Assembly (NCBI RefSeq): GCF_963921235.1
Contig: NC_086097.1
Coordinates: forward strand, 30,134,001 to 30,198,000
Length of the DNA stretch: 64,000 nt
Origin: Mobula hypostoma
Taxonomy: Eukaryota
Reading direction: 5' to 3'
The notes under the pieces are model-generated. The model was not told the origin of the DNA. It was given only the letters and a program-made list of their open reading frames with translations, and ran no database searches. Positions 36,549 to 49,500 of this stretch are shown here, in pieces. The translations under genes were made by a program, and so were the position numbers. Every line of letters starts with the position of its first letter. Positions within the stretch are counted from its first letter, which is position 1.

Positions 36549-39500
36549 GCAAAGTAGTAATCTCGGGATTACTGCCTGTGCCACGCGACAGTGAGAGTAG
36601 GAATGCGATGAGGTGGAGGATAAATGCGTGGCTGAGGGATTGGAGCAGGGGGCAGGGATTCAAGTTTTTGGATCATTGGGACCTCTTTTGGCGCAGGCGT
36701 GACCTGTACAAAAAGGACGGGTTACACTTGAATCCTAGGGGGACCAATATCCTGGCGGGGAGATTAGCGGGGGCTACTGAGGTGACTTTAAACTAGAATG
36801 GTTGGGGGGTGGGAATCAAATTAAAGAGGCTAGGCGTGAGGAGGTTAGTTCATAACAGACGGATGGGAACCAGTGCAGAGAGACAGAGGGGTGTAAAGTG
36901 AGCATAGAAGCAAAAAGTACAAAGGAGAAAAGTAAAAGTGGCAGGCCGACAAATCCAGGGCAAGCATTAAAAAGGGCCACTTTTCAACATAATTGTACAA
37001 GGGCTAAGAGAATTGTAAAAGAGCTCCTGAAGGCTTTATGTGTCAATGCAAGGAGCATTCGTAATAAGGTGGATGAATTGAAAGTGCAGATTGTTATTAA
37101 TGATTATGATATAGTTGGGATCACAGAGACATGGCTCCAGGGTGACCAGGGATGGGAGCTCAACGTTCAGGGATATTCAATATTCAGGAGGGATAGACAT
37201 GAAGGAAGGGGAGGTGGGGTGGCGTTGCTGGTTAAAGAAGAGATTAACGCAATAGAAAGGAAGGACATAAGCCGGGAAGATGTGGAATCGATATGGGTAG
37301 AGCTGCGTAACACTAAGGGGCAGAAGACGCTGGTGGGAGTTGTGTACAGGCCACCTAACAGTAGTAGTGAGGTCGGAGATGGTATTAAACAGGAAATTAG
37401 AAATGTGTGCAATAAAGGAACAGCAGTTATAATGGGTGACTTCAATCTACATGTAGACTGGGTGAACCAAATTGGTAAAGGTGCTGAGGAAGAGGATTTC
37501 TTGGAATGTATGCGGGATGGTTTTTTGAACCAACATGTCGAGGAACCAACTAGAGAGCAGGCTATTCTGGACTGGGTTTTGAGCAATGAGGAAGGGTTAA
37601 TTAGCGATCTTGTCGTGAGAGGCCCCTTGGGTAAGAGTGACCATAATATGGTGGAATTCTTCATTAATATGGAGAGTGACATTGTTAATTCAGAAACAAA
37701 GGTTCTGAACTTAAAGAGGGGTAACTTTGAAGGTATGAGACGTGAATTAGCTAAGATAGACTGGCAGATGACACTTAAAGGATTGACGGTGGATATGCAA
37801 TGGCAAGCATTTATAGGTTGCATGGATGAACTACAACAATTGTTCATCCCAGTTTGGCAAAAGAATAAATCAAGGAAGGTAGTGCACCCGTGTCTGACAA
37901 GAGAAATTAGGGATAGTATCAATTCCAAAGAAGTAGCATACAAATTAGCCAGAGAAAGTGGCTCACCTGAGGACTGGGAGAAATTCAGAGTTCAGCAGAG
38001 GAGGACAAAGGGCTTAATTAGGAGGGGGAAAAAAGATTATGAGAGAAAACTGGCAGAGAACATAAAAACGGACTGTAAAAGCTTTTATAGATATGTAAAA
38101 AGGAAAAGACTGGTAAAGACAAATGTAGGTCCCCTGCAGACAGAAACAGTTGAATTGATTATGGGGAGCAAGGACATGGCAGACCAATTGAATAATTACT
38201 TTGGTTCTGTCTTCACTAAGGAGGACATAAATAATCTTCCAGAAATAGTAAGGGACAGAGGGTCCAGTGAGATGGAGGAACTGAGTGAAATACATGTTAG
38301 TAGGGAAGTGGTGTTAGGTAAATTGAAGGGATTGAAGGCAGATAAATCCCCAGCGCCAGATGGTCTGCATCCTAGAGTGCTTAAGGAAGTAGCCCAAGAA
38401 ATAGTGGATGCATTAGTGATAATTTTTCAAAACTCGTTAGATTCTGGACTAGTTCCTGAGGATTGGAGGGTGGCTAATGTAACCCCAATTTTTAAAAAAG
38501 GAGGGAGAGAGAAACCGGGGAATTATAGACCGGTTAGCCTAACGTCGGTGGTGGGGAAACTGCTGGAGTCAGTTATCAAGGATGTGATAACAGCACATTT
38601 GGAAAGCGGAGAAATGATCGGACAAAGTCAGCATGGATTTGTGAAAGGAAAATCATGTCTGACGAATCTCATAGAATTTTTTGAGGATGTAGCTAGTAGA
38701 GTGGATAGGGGAGAACCAGTGGATGTGGTATATTTGGATTTTCAAAAGGCTTTTGACAAGGTCCCACACAGGAGATTAGTGTGCAAACTTAAAGCACACG
38801 GTATTGGGGGTAAGGTATTGGTGTGGGTGGAGAATTGGTTAGCAGACAGGAAGCAAAGAGTGGGAATAAACGGGACCTTTTCAGAATGGCAGGCGGTGAC
38901 TAGTGGGGTACCGCAAGGCTCAGTGCTGGGACCCCAGTTGTTTACAATATATATTAATGACTTGGATGAGGGAATTAAATGCAGCATCTCCAAGTTTGCG
39001 GATGACACGAAGCTGGGCGGCAGTGTTAGCAGTGAGGAGGATGCTAAGAGGATGCAGGGTGACTTGGATAGGTTGGGTGAGTGGGCAAACTCATGGCAGA
39101 TGCAATTTAATGTGGACAAATGTGAAGTTATCCACTTTGGTGGCAAAAATAGGAAAACAGATTATTATCTGAATGGTGGCCGATTAGGAAAAGGGGAGGT
39201 GCAACGAGACCTGGGTGTCATTATACACCAGTCATTGAAAGTGGGCATGCAGGTACAGCAGGCGGTGAAAAAGGCGAATGGTATGCTGGCATTTATAGCG
39301 AGAGGATTCGAGTACAGGAGCAGGGAGGTACTACTGCAGTTGTACAAGGCCTTGGTGAGACCACACCTGGAGTATTGTGTGCAGTTTTGGTCCCCTAATC
39401 TGAGGAAAGACATCTTTGCCATAGAGGGAGTACAAAGAAGGTTCACCAGATTGATTCCTGGGATGGCAGGACTTTCATATGAAGAAAGACTGGATGAACT

Positions 39501-39933
39501 GGGCTTGTACTCGTTGGAATTTAGAAGATTGAGGGGGGATCTGATTGAAACGTATAAGATCCGAAAGGGATTGGACAGGCTAGATGCAGGAAGATTGTTC
39601 CCGATGTTGGGGAAGTCCAGAACGAGGGGTCACAGTTTGAGGATAAAGGGGAAGCCTTTTAGGACCGAGATTAGGAAAAACTTCTTCACACGGAGAGTGG
39701 TGAATCTGTGGAATTCTCTGCCACAGCAAACTGTTGAGGCCAGTTCATTGGCTATGTTTAAGAGGGAGTTAGATATGGCCCATGTGGCTACAGGGGTCAG
39801 GGGGTATGGAGGGAAGGCTGGGGCGGGGTTCTGAGTTGGATGATCAGCCATGATCATAATAAATGGCGGTGCAGGCTCGAAGGGCCGAATGGCCTACTCC
39901 TGCACCTATTTTCTATGTTTCTATGTTTCTATG
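36549..39933 (+). mobile_element. Young CR1 LINE, 5'-truncated within ORF1, nested in an older CR1 3' fragment
   Basis: ORF1 C-terminus (DGLHLNPRG), uninterrupted ORF2, 3' hairpin and (ttctatgt)3 tail. The host CR1 sequence resumes at tgtcaaaagttacagggag. Confidence 0.96.
36898..39834 (+). CDS. CR1 ORF2 protein: APE endonuclease + reverse transcriptase, uninterrupted 978 codons
   Basis: NARSI, ITETWL, YRPP, GDFN and SDH (EN); NYRPVSLT, DFQKAFD, GVPQGSVLGP and FADD (RT). True start codon uncertain (track uses GTG). Confidence 0.9.
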   Translation: MSIEAKSTKEKSKSGRPTNPGQALKRATFQHNCTRAKRIVKELLKALCVNARSIRNKVDELKVQIVINDYDIVGITETWLQGDQGWELNVQGYSIFRRDRHEGRGGGVALLVKEEINAIERKDISREDVESIWVELRNTKGQKTLVGVVYRPPNSSSEVGDGIKQEIRNVCNKGTAVIMGDFNLHVDWVNQIGKGAEEEDFLECMRDGFLNQHVEEPTREQAILDWVLSNEEGLISDLVVRGPLGKSDHNMVEFFINMESDIVNSETKVLNLKRGNFEGMRRELAKIDWQMTLKGLTVDMQWQAFIGCMDELQQLFIPVWQKNKSRKVVHPCLTREIRDSINSKEVAYKLARESGSPEDWEKFRVQQRRTKGLIRRGKKDYERKLAENIKTDCKSFYRYVKRKRLVKTNVGPLQTETVELIMGSKDMADQLNNYFGSVFTKEDINNLPEIVRDRGSSEMEELSEIHVSREVVLGKLKGLKADKSPAPDGLHPRVLKEVAQEIVDALVIIFQNSLDSGLVPEDWRVANVTPIFKKGGREKPGNYRPVSLTSVVGKLLESVIKDVITAHLESGEMIGQSQHGFVKGKSCLTNLIEFFEDVASRVDRGEPVDVVYLDFQKAFDKVPHRRLVCKLKAHGIGGKVLVWVENWLADRKQRVGINGTFSEWQAVTSGVPQGSVLGPQLFTIYINDLDEGIKCSISKFADDTKLGGSVSSEEDAKRMQGDLDRLGEWANSWQMQFNVDKCEVIHFGGKNRKTDYYLNGGRLGKGEVQRDLGVIIHQSLKVGMQVQQAVKKANGMLAFIARGFEYRSREVLLQLYKALVRPHLEYCVQFWSPNLRKDIFAIEGVQRRFTRLIPGMAGLSYEERLDELGLYSLEFRRLRGDLIETYKIRKGLDRLDAGRLFPMLGKSRTRGHSLRIKGKPFRTEIRKNFFTRRVVNLWNSLPQQTVEASSLAMFKRELDMAHVATGVRGYGGKAGAGF

Positions 39934-41289
39934 TTGTCAAAAGTTACAGGGAGAAGGCAGGAGAATGGGGTTGAGAGGGAAAATAAATCAGCCTTGATGG
40001 AATAGTCTTCTGAAGATCAGTGGTGCAGAATTTTGCAGCTATGTAAAATTGGGCCACTGTACAATTCTGGTTGCCCCATTACAGGAAGGATGTGGAGAGG
40101 GTGCACAGGAGGTGTATCAAGATGCTGCCTGGATTAGAAGGTATGAACTGTAAGGAGAGGTTGGACAAACTTAAGTTGTGTAGATAGTCAGAATCTTTTT
40201 CCCAGAGTAGGAATGTCGAACACCAGAGGATGTGCATATAAGGTGAGAGGGTAAAAATTTAAAGGTAAGGTGTCAGGCAAATATTTTTAACACAGATTAA
40301 AGATTAAAGGTAAAATACTTGATTTATTTTTCACATGTACAGTACATTCAAATATACGGTGAATCGCATTTTTCATCAAATCAAATCAGCAAGGATTGAG
40401 CAGGGCTTCCTGCAAGTGCTGCCACACTTCTGGTGCCAACATACTAGACCTCACCATATGTCGTTGGAATGTGAAAAGAATCCAGAGCACCTAGAGGAAA
40501 CCCATGTGGTTACAGGCAGTGGTGGGAATCGAAACCCAATCTTACTGCCGGTGCTGTAAAGCATTGTGCTAACAACTATGCGACCGTGCCACCCCATATC
40601 CTAAAGCAGAGAGTGATGGGTGCCTGGAATGAGCTGCCAGAGGTAGCGGTGGAAGCAGTGGTTTTTGAGAAGCTGTCAGACAGATACATTTATATGCAGA
40701 GAATGTAGGGATAGGGATCATGTGCAAGCAGAAAAGGATTTGGTTTAATTTGGCATCATCTTCAGCACAGACGTGATGGGGCAAAGGGCCTATACCTTTG
40801 CTGTTCGAGGAAAGAGGAACATGGGTCCAATCAATGTCCACAATTTATCAACGTTTTATTTTCATTTTTTTCAAGTGCAGGATGTAAAATCTGTAAAATC
40901 TCAGCTGACGCAAGTCTTTGCTGCACAGATTTAATTTCTTGTAGTGACATATTGTTTTCCAAAGGGAACTTTTTTTAATCAGTTTGCCTGTCAGAATTAG
41001 CGATGCTCATACTAGTTAGAAAACTACTTGATTGTGAGGTAATTTTTGGCATGCATTGGTGTGTGTGTGTATGTATGAATTAAGTTCAAAGGAGTATCTG
41101 ATGGAATTCTTCTGTTTATAAACAGCACACAATAGCACACAGTGCTATAGATACAGAGGTGTGCAAAGCGACTTCCGAAGTAGTTGAACCAATGACAGTT
41201 TGCATGCCACTGTTCCTAAGGAGATATTGGATGTGTAGAGGGAAGGAGTTTAAAAGACACGAGCAGGGGCAGTTAGCACAGCACCCGAG

Positions 41290-44200
41290 GAGACATTAAA
41301 TATCACATAATTAGGCACTTTCAAGGTCCAATAAACAGAAACTAGATTTATACGGAGCAGCCATTGTGTGAGTGGGAATTTGAGGCTTTGGCTCATCGAA
41401 GCTTCAGCGAGGAGAGGCATAGGCCACAGGTAGATTTTTTTTGTTATTTATTCATTCTTTCTTTCTTATTGCACATTTAGAGCAGTGGAGATGCCAGGCA
41501 GGATGGTGGAATGCTCCTCCTGCGGGATGTAGGAAGGCAGGGAGAACTCCAGTATCCCTGACAACTACCCCTGCAAGAACTGCATCCAGCTGCAGCTTCT
41601 AACAGACCATGTTAAGGAGTTGGAGCTGGAGCTGGATGAACTCTGGATCATTCGGGCGGCTGAGGGGTTGATAGATGGGACATATAGAGAGGTAGTTACA
41701 CTCAAGGTGCAGGATGCAGGAAACTAGGTGACAGTCAGGAAGGTGAAAGGGGTTAAAAAGTCAGCATAGAGTACCCCTGTGGCCATCCCCCTCAACAACA
41801 GGTATACCACTTTGGATACCGTTGGGGGCTATGACCAAGCAGAGGAAAGTCACAGCGCTAAGGAAAGTCTCTGGCACTAAATCTGACTCTGTGGCTCAGA
41901 ACAGAAAGAGGAGAAGAGGCGAGCCATAGTAATAGGGGATTTGTTGGTTAGGGGAACAGAAAAGAGGTTCTGTGGACAAGCATGAGATTCATGGATGGTA
42001 TGTTCCCACCCCAGTGCCAGGGTTAGGGACATCTCAGATCAAGTCCACAGCATTCTTAAGTGGGGGGAGGGGGTGAGCAGGCAGAGGCTCTGGTCCATAT
42101 CATACCAATGACATGGGTAGGAGGCATGATGAGGACCTGCAAAGTGAATCAAGGGAGTTAGGTGCTAAGTTAAAGGACAGGACTTCCAGGGTTGTGAACT
42201 GAGGTTTGCTACCTGTGCCATGTGCTAGAGGGGACAGAAATGGGAAGGTCATACAGTTTAACATGTAGCTATGGAGATAGTGCAGGAGCGAGGGCTTCAG
42301 ATTATTGGATCATTTGGCTCTCTTCCAGGGAAGGTGGGACCCGTACAGAAGGGATGGTTTACACCTTAAATGGAGAGGGACTAATATCTTAGCAGGAAGG
42401 TTTGCTAGTTTTGTACGGGGGAGTTTGAACTGGAGTTGCTAGGCTATGGGAACCAGAGCACCAGAATAGGTAGTGGAGTGGTTGTGGAGAAAGATGTTGT
42501 TAATTCTACATACCAAGTCCGGAATCAAAGGTTGAGCATGGTGCGACTAGTGTCCTGAACTGCAATATTTCAACACAAGTATTGTTAGAAAGGCGTTTGA
42601 GCGTAGGGCATGGATCAGCATGTAGAATTATGACATTGTAGCCATCAGTGAGAGGTTGGTTGCAGAAGGAGCAAGACTGACAGCTCAGTGTTCTGGGATT
42701 CCATTGTTTTAGATGAGATAGAGCAGGAGGGAGTAAAGGGAGACAGGTGGCATTTCTAGTCTGGGAAAATGGCATGGCAATGCTCAGTCAGAACAGACTG
42801 GAGAGCTCATCTAGTGAGGCTTTATGAGCTGAACTGAGGAATAAGAAAGGAATGATCACGTTAATGGGATTACATTATAGGCCACCCAACAGTCTGCAGG
42901 TTTACAGGAGTTAATTTATAGAGGTTACAGACCGTTAGAAGAAACACAAGGTTGTGATAGTAGGTGATTTTAACTTTCCACATATTGACTGGGACTCCTG
43001 TTCTGTAAAAGGGCTTAATGGGTAAGAGTTTGTCAAATATGTTCAGGGAAGTTTCTTTAATTAATACATTTAAGTCCCAACTAGGGAGACTGCAATACTA
43101 GATCTCCTACTAAGGAATGAGACAGAAGTTTATGTAAGGGAACACTTTACGTCTAGTGATCATAATGCTATTAGTTTCAAGATAAAAGGATCGGTCTGGT
43201 TCCCAGGTTGAGATTTTAAATTGGAGTTAAGTCCAATTTTTGATGGTACCAGAAAGAATCTGGCAAGTGCGGATTGGGACAGGTTGTTTTCAGACAAAGG
43301 TGTACTTGGTGAATGGGAGTCCTTTAAAAGTAAAAATTTGGAAGTACAGAGTTTGTATATTCCTGTCAGAATAAAAGGCAAAGATAACCGGTCTAGGGAA
43401 CCTTGGTTTTCAAGAGATATTGAGGTCCAGGTTAAGAAAAAGAAGGAGATGCATAGCAGGTATTGGCAAGTAGGAACAAATGAGGTGCTTATGGAGTATA
43501 AGAAATCCAAAAGAAAACTTAAAAAGGAAATCAGGGCTAAAAGAAGGCATGAGGTTGCTCTACCAGATAAGATAAAGGGGAATTCTAAGGGCTTCCACAG
43601 ATACACTAAGAGGAAAAGGATAATAAAAGAAAACATTGGCCCTCTGGAAGGTCAAAGTGGTAATCTATGCATAAAGCCGGAAGAGATGGGGGAAATCTTA
43701 AATGTAATTATTGCATTTGTATTTACTCAGGAGATGGACACAGAAGTGAGGCAAAGCAGCAGTAAGGTCACAGACTATAAACAGATTACAGAGGAGGAGG
43801 TGTTTGCTGTCTTGAGGCAGATTAGGGTGGATAAATCCCCAGGCCTGACAAGGTGTTCCCTATGCAAGGCTGGTACAGAAATTGCAAGGGCCTGGGGCTC
43901 TAGCAGAGATATTTAAAACGCTCTTAGCCTTGCGTGAGGTGCTGGAGGATTGGAGGGTAGCTAATGTTGTTCAATTGTTTAAGAAAGGCTCTAAAATGAA
44001 ACCAGGAAACTTAAAGGTTGATGAACCTGACATTAGTACTGGGTAGTTATTGGAAACTATTCTAAAGGACCAGATATATAAGCATTTGAATAGATGGGGT
44101 GATTAGAGGTAGTCAACGTGGCCTAGTAGGTGTAACCAATCTTATAGTTTTTGATGAAGTTACTAGAAAAGTTTATGAAGGCAAGACAGTGGATGTTGTC

Positions 44201-44634
44201 TACATGGATGTTAGCAAGCCCTTTGACAAGGTCCTGCATGGGATGTTGGTCAAAAAGGTTCAGTTGCTTAGCATTCAAAATGAGGTAGTAGATTGGATTA
44301 GACCTTGGTTTTACAGGAGAAGTCAGAGTATGGTAGTAGATGGTTGCCTGTTTCTTACTGGAGGCCTGCGACTAGTAGTGATCAGTGCTGGAACTGTTGT
44401 TGTTTGTCATTTATATCAACAATCTGGATGACAGTGTGGTAAGCTGGATCAGCAAATTTGCAGGTGACACCAAGATGGGGGTGTAGTGGACAGTGAGAAA
44501 GACTATCAAAGCTTGCTATGTGGTTGGTCCTCCCAAAGTGCAACACCTCATACTCTTCTGCATTAAATTCCATCTGTCATTTTTCAACCCATTTTTTCCA
44601 GCTGGTCCAGATCCTTCTGCAAGCTTTGGATAGC
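41290..44634 (+). mobile_element. Old full-length-type CR1 (ORF1 + ORF2), heavily mutated, ending in an inverted segment
   Basis: ORF1 zinc-finger/esterase-like sequence at about 41490-42430; ORF2 fragments 43221..43916 and 44099..44431. Confidence 0.85.
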
Positions 44635-46657
44635 GTTTAATGGCTCTTGGCCTGTACTCACTGGAACTCAGAAGAATGGGCTGGGGTGGGGGGGTGGGAT
44701 CTCATTGAAAAATTTCAAATGTTGAAAAGTCTCAATAGAGTGGATGTGGAGAGGATGTTTCCTATGTTGGGGAGTCTAAGACCAGAGCGCACAGCCTCAG
44801 AATTGAGGGACATTTATTTAGAATGGAAATGAGGAAGATTTCTTTAGCCAGAGAGTGGTGAATATGTGGAATTCATTGCCACAAGTGGGAGTGGAGGCCA
44901 AGTCCTTGGGAATATTTAGTGCAAAGGTTGATAGATTCTTGATTGGTTAGGGCATGAAAGGTTACGGGGAGAAAGCAGGAGAACAGGGCTGAGAGGGAAA
45001 TGGATCAGCCATGATGAAGTGACAGACCAGGCTCGATGGGCCAAGTTGCCTAATTCTGCTCCTGTATGTTATGGTCTTAGGTCACACACAATCTGCATCC
45101 TATCGATATCCAGTTGTAACCTACAACAACTTTTCACACTATCCACAACACCACCAACCTTTGTGTCATCTGCAAACTTACTAACCCACCACTATTCCAG
45201 AATCCCACAATTGGCAGCCTGGGTCAGAGTTACAGTTTTTATCTCTAGAATTCCCTCCCAAAACCTTTATCAATCTTGAAGATATTACTTAAAATCTACC
45301 TCTTTAAACTTAAACACAAGAGAATCTGCAAATGCTGGAAATCTTGAGAACAGACACTAAGTACTGGAAGAACTCAGCAGGTCAGGCAACATCTATGGAT
45401 GGGGATAAGTAGCTGACATTTCATGCTGAGGTTCTTTGTCCAGAGGAACAAAGATTTTTTGTCCAAAGGTTAGTTAAAGTCCACAGCTTGGCAAATCCTG
45501 AGATAAAAAATTCAACGGTCGAAAACTGAGGTCAGTGAGTCTGGAGGTAGAGGCCCAAACAACAAGTCTGCCAGTCTGCTCCAGGGACTGGAACCCGAGG
45601 GGCCCCATGTTTGTGAGTCCCAGAGTCCAAAGCCAAGGACTGGAGGCCCGGAGTCAGTCTGCCCTGTGGTGGGAGGTGTTCCTGTGTGAGTGGGAGGACG
45701 AGTGGCTGGGAAGGCAGGAAAAGATCTTGTTTTGCTGTTGTTGTCTTGTTTTATTCTGTTGTTGTTATTGCTTGTGTCATTGGTGCCACATTGTGTGGCA
45801 TCACTTATGATTGCCCTCAGCACACCCATGGCAAATACAAGCAACACATTTCACCATATGTTTCAATGTGCACGTAATAAGTAAATCTGAAATCTGAAAT
45901 CCTTCATCAAGATACTTAGCAGTCCTGATGAAAGACGTCAGCCCGAAACATCGACTATTTATCTCCCCCCATAGATTCTGCTTGATTTGCTGAGCTCCTC
46001 TTTAACCTTTTGTGAACCCATTAGAACAACTGTAAACAGGCTTGCAATGTTTTCCAGTGTCAGCTGCGCAGTGGCGTTTACTGTTGCCACATAGAAGCTT
46101 GGGGAATGATCTGACAAAATCATGAGGAGCATGGATTGGATGAATGCTCACAATCTTTTTCCCAGGGTTGGGAAATCAAGAGCTAGAGAGCATAAGATTA
46201 AGCAGAGAGGTAAGAGGTTTAATGGGAACCTGAGGGACAACTTTTTCACCTGGACAGCAGTCTATATGTATGGAACGGGGTGACACGATAGCATAGTAGT
46301 TAGTGCAATGCTTTACAGCACCACTTATCAGCGTCTGGGGTACAATTCCTGCTGCTGTCTATAGGGAACTTATATGTCTTCTCTGTGCCTGTATGGGTTT
46401 CCTCCAGGTGCTCTGGTTTCCTCCCACGTTCCAATGACATATAGGTTAGCGTTAGGGTAAGTAAGCTGTAGGCATGCTATGTTGGTGCTGGAAGATTGGT
46501 GACACTTGTGTGCTGCCCCAGTACATCCTCTGGCTGTGATGGCTGTTAACACAAACAATGCATTTCACTATGTTTTGATGTACATGTGGCAAATAAACCT
46601 CATTTTTTTAAAAGGGAAGTGGTTGAGACAGGTACATTGAAAGTCATTTGTACAGAT

Positions 46658-47492
46658 TGTTACGAGAATACACATGAAATTAAGATGTTTGCTGGCCTGG
46701 GCTAGCATCAGTGGCATCAGCAGTTGGTCTGCCACCTGCCCTCAGGGGAAGGAGAGATAAGGAACAATGGAGCAGCGTCTGGAGATGTGTAATGAAGGGA
46801 TGTGGGAGGAAGAGCTGTCTGGAGCGGCTCCCCCCTTTGAAGCCTGAACTGTTTGAAGTGATGGACAGGCGATACCCCAGCAGGGGGATAAAAAGGGACA
46901 GGTTCGCTAAGACAGACACACACGCCACCCGAGGTAACGAGACCCTGGAAGCGGTACGCTTCTCACGAGTGGGTGGAAAGGTACGATCAGCGGGAACCCG
47001 GTGTGTGTCCGCCCTTGCCTGGGTGCCGGGTTCACTGCAGAGGATCGACCGCATCTGGAGGAGGGGTCACAGTCGGTGACCTCAGGTGACATCACCGAGG
47101 ACCCGCCCAAATGCTGTTTTGTGAGCCATCTTGCTGGTCTGTGAGTGAAGCCGTTCTGAATGATGAGTTGTTCCTATTCTATCTCTCTCTTCCCCCACGT
47201 TGTCCACCGCCATGGCAACGATTACTGCGAACTGAACTACTAAACTGGACTGAACTTTGAGTCATTTTGAAATTGGTCATTTACCCCTAGACAACGATAG
47301 AGCTTGATTGATGCTGTTATCTTAATTCTGTGCACATGTGTGTTTATCATCACTGAACTGTTGCATTTATTATCCTTTCGATTACTGTGTTGCTTGTTTC
47401 TGTAATAAAACTTTCTTAGTTCTAGTACTCCAGACTCCAACTGAGTGATCCATTTCTGCTGGTTTGGCAACCCAGTTACGGGGTACGTAACA
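46658..47492 (+). mobile_element. Solo LTR (835 bp) of an LTR retrotransposon or ERV
   Basis: Termini TGTTACG...CGTAACA, 4-bp TSD AGAT, TATA-like gggataaaagg at about 46885 and AATAAA at about 47404; CpG-rich; inserted in a CR1 3' fragment. Confidence 0.88.
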
Positions 47493-49004
47493 AGATACAC
47501 AGACAGGAAATATTGAAAGGATGTGGGTCAAACATGGGCAAATGTGATTAGCTAAGATGAGCATCTTGATTGGCATTAGCCAGTTGAGCCAAAGGGACTG
47601 GTTCTATGATTTGGTTCTGTGAGGATTAATGTTCTGTTACAGCTAATGAAATTTCCATTAAGTTAATAAATCTAAACTGCCCTCATTGCCTCACTCCCTT
47701 CATTCACATCCTCAACAATCTGCTTCAGACAGTACGCCTCTTACAATTCCTTTCTTATCTGACAATCGTCTGGGGAGAATATTGGTGAGTCAGACAGTGA
47801 GGGAGTCATCAGTAAACGGCTGGCACAGTCTGAATGGCATCCCACGAGACCATCTCTGGGTTTAGATCAAGCAGCCAGCATCTGATTTCTTGGACGGAGA
47901 GAGCTGAGCAACGTAAGGGATCAGAAGTGAAGAGAGACTCTGAGATTAGTGGCGTTCCACAGGGATTCGTACTGGGACCTCTGTTGTTTGTGATATATGC
48001 AGATGAGCTGGATGAAAATGTAGGTGGGTGGGTTATTAAGTTTGCAGATGACACGAAATTTGCTGGTGTTGTGGATAACGTAGAAGACTGGCAAAGAATA
48101 CAGCAGAATATAGATCAGTTACAGATATGGGCAAAGAAATAGCAGATGGAGTTAAAGCTGACCAAATATGAAGCCTGTCCACCTTGGTAAGTCAAATGTA
48201 AAGAGACAGTAAGAACCTTTCACTGTCCATGAGCAGAGGGATTTCAGGGTCTAAGTTAATTGCTCCCTAAAAGTGGCTACACAAGTTGATAGGGTGGTTA
48301 AGAAGGCATGTGACACGCTTGCCCTTATTAGTCAAATCACTGAGTTCAAAAATCAGGAAGTTATGTTATAACCATATAACAATTACAGCACGGAAACAGG
48401 CCATCTGGGCCCTTCTAGTCCATGCCGAACGTTTACTCTCACCTAGTCCCACAGACCCGCACTCAGCCCATAACCCTCCATTCCTTTCCTGTCCATGTTG
48501 CAGCTGTATAAAACTCCATTTAGGCCTCGTTTGGGGTATTCCATACAGTTCTGGTCAGACCCATTATAGGAAAGCTGTTGAGGGTTTTCTTTAACACAGC
48601 GGATGGTGGATGCCCTGGGGTGAGGTGGAGGTTGATACGAGACGTTTAGAATAGGCACACAAATGTGAGGGAAATGGAAGGATATTGACATAGTATAGAC
48701 AGAAGAGATTAGTTGGCTATTGATTATTAATTGAATTCGTTTGGCACAACATTGTAGGCTGAAGGGCCTGTTGTTGTACTGTTCTGTTCTATGTTCTGAA
48801 AGGGCACGGTCATTCACCTCAAACAGACTGAGACATCTCTCAAGATGTGAAGCACAGAATTGTTTCATTAATATAGCAGCCCTGAAGCAAATGATCAAAC
48901 CTTCAATGTTTGCTATTTTTATTTACAAAATACTCTCATTTACAAATGTAAGATTCCTTGTTTTAAATAAAGATTGGAAAAGTGGAAATGTTGTTATAAG
49001 ATCT

Positions 49005-49500
49005 TGTGCCACAATGAGGCCATACTCAGGGTGGAGGAGCGACACCTTATATTCCATCTGAGTAGCCTTCAACCTGATGGCATGAATATCGTACTAATCA
49101 TGAACCTATCAACAGTATTTTCCCTTCCCTTCTATTCCCACTCTGGCCTCTTATCTCTTCTTACCTGTCTACTACCTCCCCCTGGTGTCCCTCCTCCTTC
49201 CTTTTCTCCTATAGTCCACTCTCTGCTCCTATAAGATTCCTTCCTCTTCAGCCCTTTACCTTTTCTACCCACATGATTTCACCTATCACCTTCCAGCTAT
49301 TCTCCTTCCCCTCCCCCCACCTTTTTATTCTGGCATCTTCCCCCTTCCCGTCCAGTCCTAAAGAAGGGTCATGGCCCAAAATATTAACTATTCATTTCCA
49401 TGAACACTGCCTGACCTACTGAGTTCCTCCAGCATTTTGTGTGTGTGTGTGTGTGTGTGTGTTGCTTTGGATTTCCAGCACCTGGAGAATTTCTCATGTT
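49005..49500 (+). mobile_element. Penelope-like 3' fragment with degenerate hammerhead and (GT)n
   Basis: CHNEAILRVEERHLIFHLSSLQPDGMNI; 3' region similar to 24027-24478. Confidence 0.75.

Noticed and set aside
37167..39857. Antisense ORFs over CR1 ORF2 (258, 134, 93 aa)
   Set aside because: Shadow frames of the retrotransposon coding sequence.
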